A DNA stretch of 63,506 nucleotides, counting the filler, from Craspedostauros australis (Eukaryota): NCBI GenBank assembly GCA_030167865.1. It is 10 parts of 10 records of this genome, joined end to end, with 100 filler letters (N's around TTAATTAATTAA, not from the genome) between each part and the next. Parts side by side here need not be neighbours in the genome. Positions count along the whole stretch, not along the records: positions 58,788 to 63,506 come from JALAGF010005516.1; 9 more parts are not named here. One strand, written 5' to 3'. Every line of letters begins with the position of its first letter. Positions within the stretch are counted from its first letter, which is position 1. The translations under genes and the position numbers were made by a program. The notes under the pieces are model-generated. The model did no database searches. It saw only the letters and a list, made by a program, of their open reading frames with translations, and was not told where the DNA came from. Below, piece by piece: positions 63,251 through 63,506 of the stretch.

Positions 63251-63506
63251 TGTTAGAACGAAATCAAGGATGGGATTCCGCACCGAAACGTAGAGTGATC
63301 AGATCGTTGTTGGGGTGAGGATGAGTGTTGTTATTGAGTATTATTCGTATGGTAGTATGAATGCGGGCGAGCTCACAAGATGGTTTCTTGAGAACTGTGA
63401 GCATGAGAGAGGCATGACATGGTCTCATGCAATTGCAAGTAAAATTAACACGGAGACAACACGACAAATGTGCGTGTTACTGCGTGAAGAAGAGTTGCAA
63501 AAGTCA

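Noticed and set aside
63251..63506. Possible LTR starting TGTTAG that truncates the Copia protease
   Set aside because: Only one end is visible and no second copy is in the window.
1..63506. rRNA, tRNA and CRISPR arrays
   Set aside because: None recognised. Short microsatellites (CAA, GCA, AG, TTG) are ordinary for this kind of genome.

Overview
This is eukaryotic DNA, most consistent with a pennate diatom (spliceosomal GT-AG introns, diatom-type gene families, CoDi-like Copia elements). It is not one locus. Ten short scaffolds are concatenated with N...TTAATTAATTAA...N linkers, and many internal N-gaps are flanked by redundantly assembled ends. Host genes: a small RVxF-motif diatom-family protein; two tandem intron-containing STAND-type P-loop NTPase/TPR-like genes plus a decayed third copy; three paralogous type-II membrane LRR genes in alternating orientation; and the 3' end of a cyclic-nucleotide phosphodiesterase. 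The rest is TE-rich: a 2.2-kb foldback element with a 9-bp TSD, a two-gene PIF/Harbinger-like element, a DD39D-mariner relic, an apparently intact Sola-like transposase, an internally deleted LINE, Copia fragments and solo LTRs. The most unusual signals are: (i) a non-coding ~690-bp element with AGTT...AACT ends, 5-bp TSDs and an invariant double E2F-like site, repeatedly found inside other retroelements; (ii) LRR paralogs whose differences cluster in the distal LRR surface positions; (iii) kinase-less NLR-like STAND genes in a birth-and-death array; (iv) a Harbinger partner ORF with an alpha-crystallin-like segment. All family assignments are from motif recognition by eye; no searches were run.
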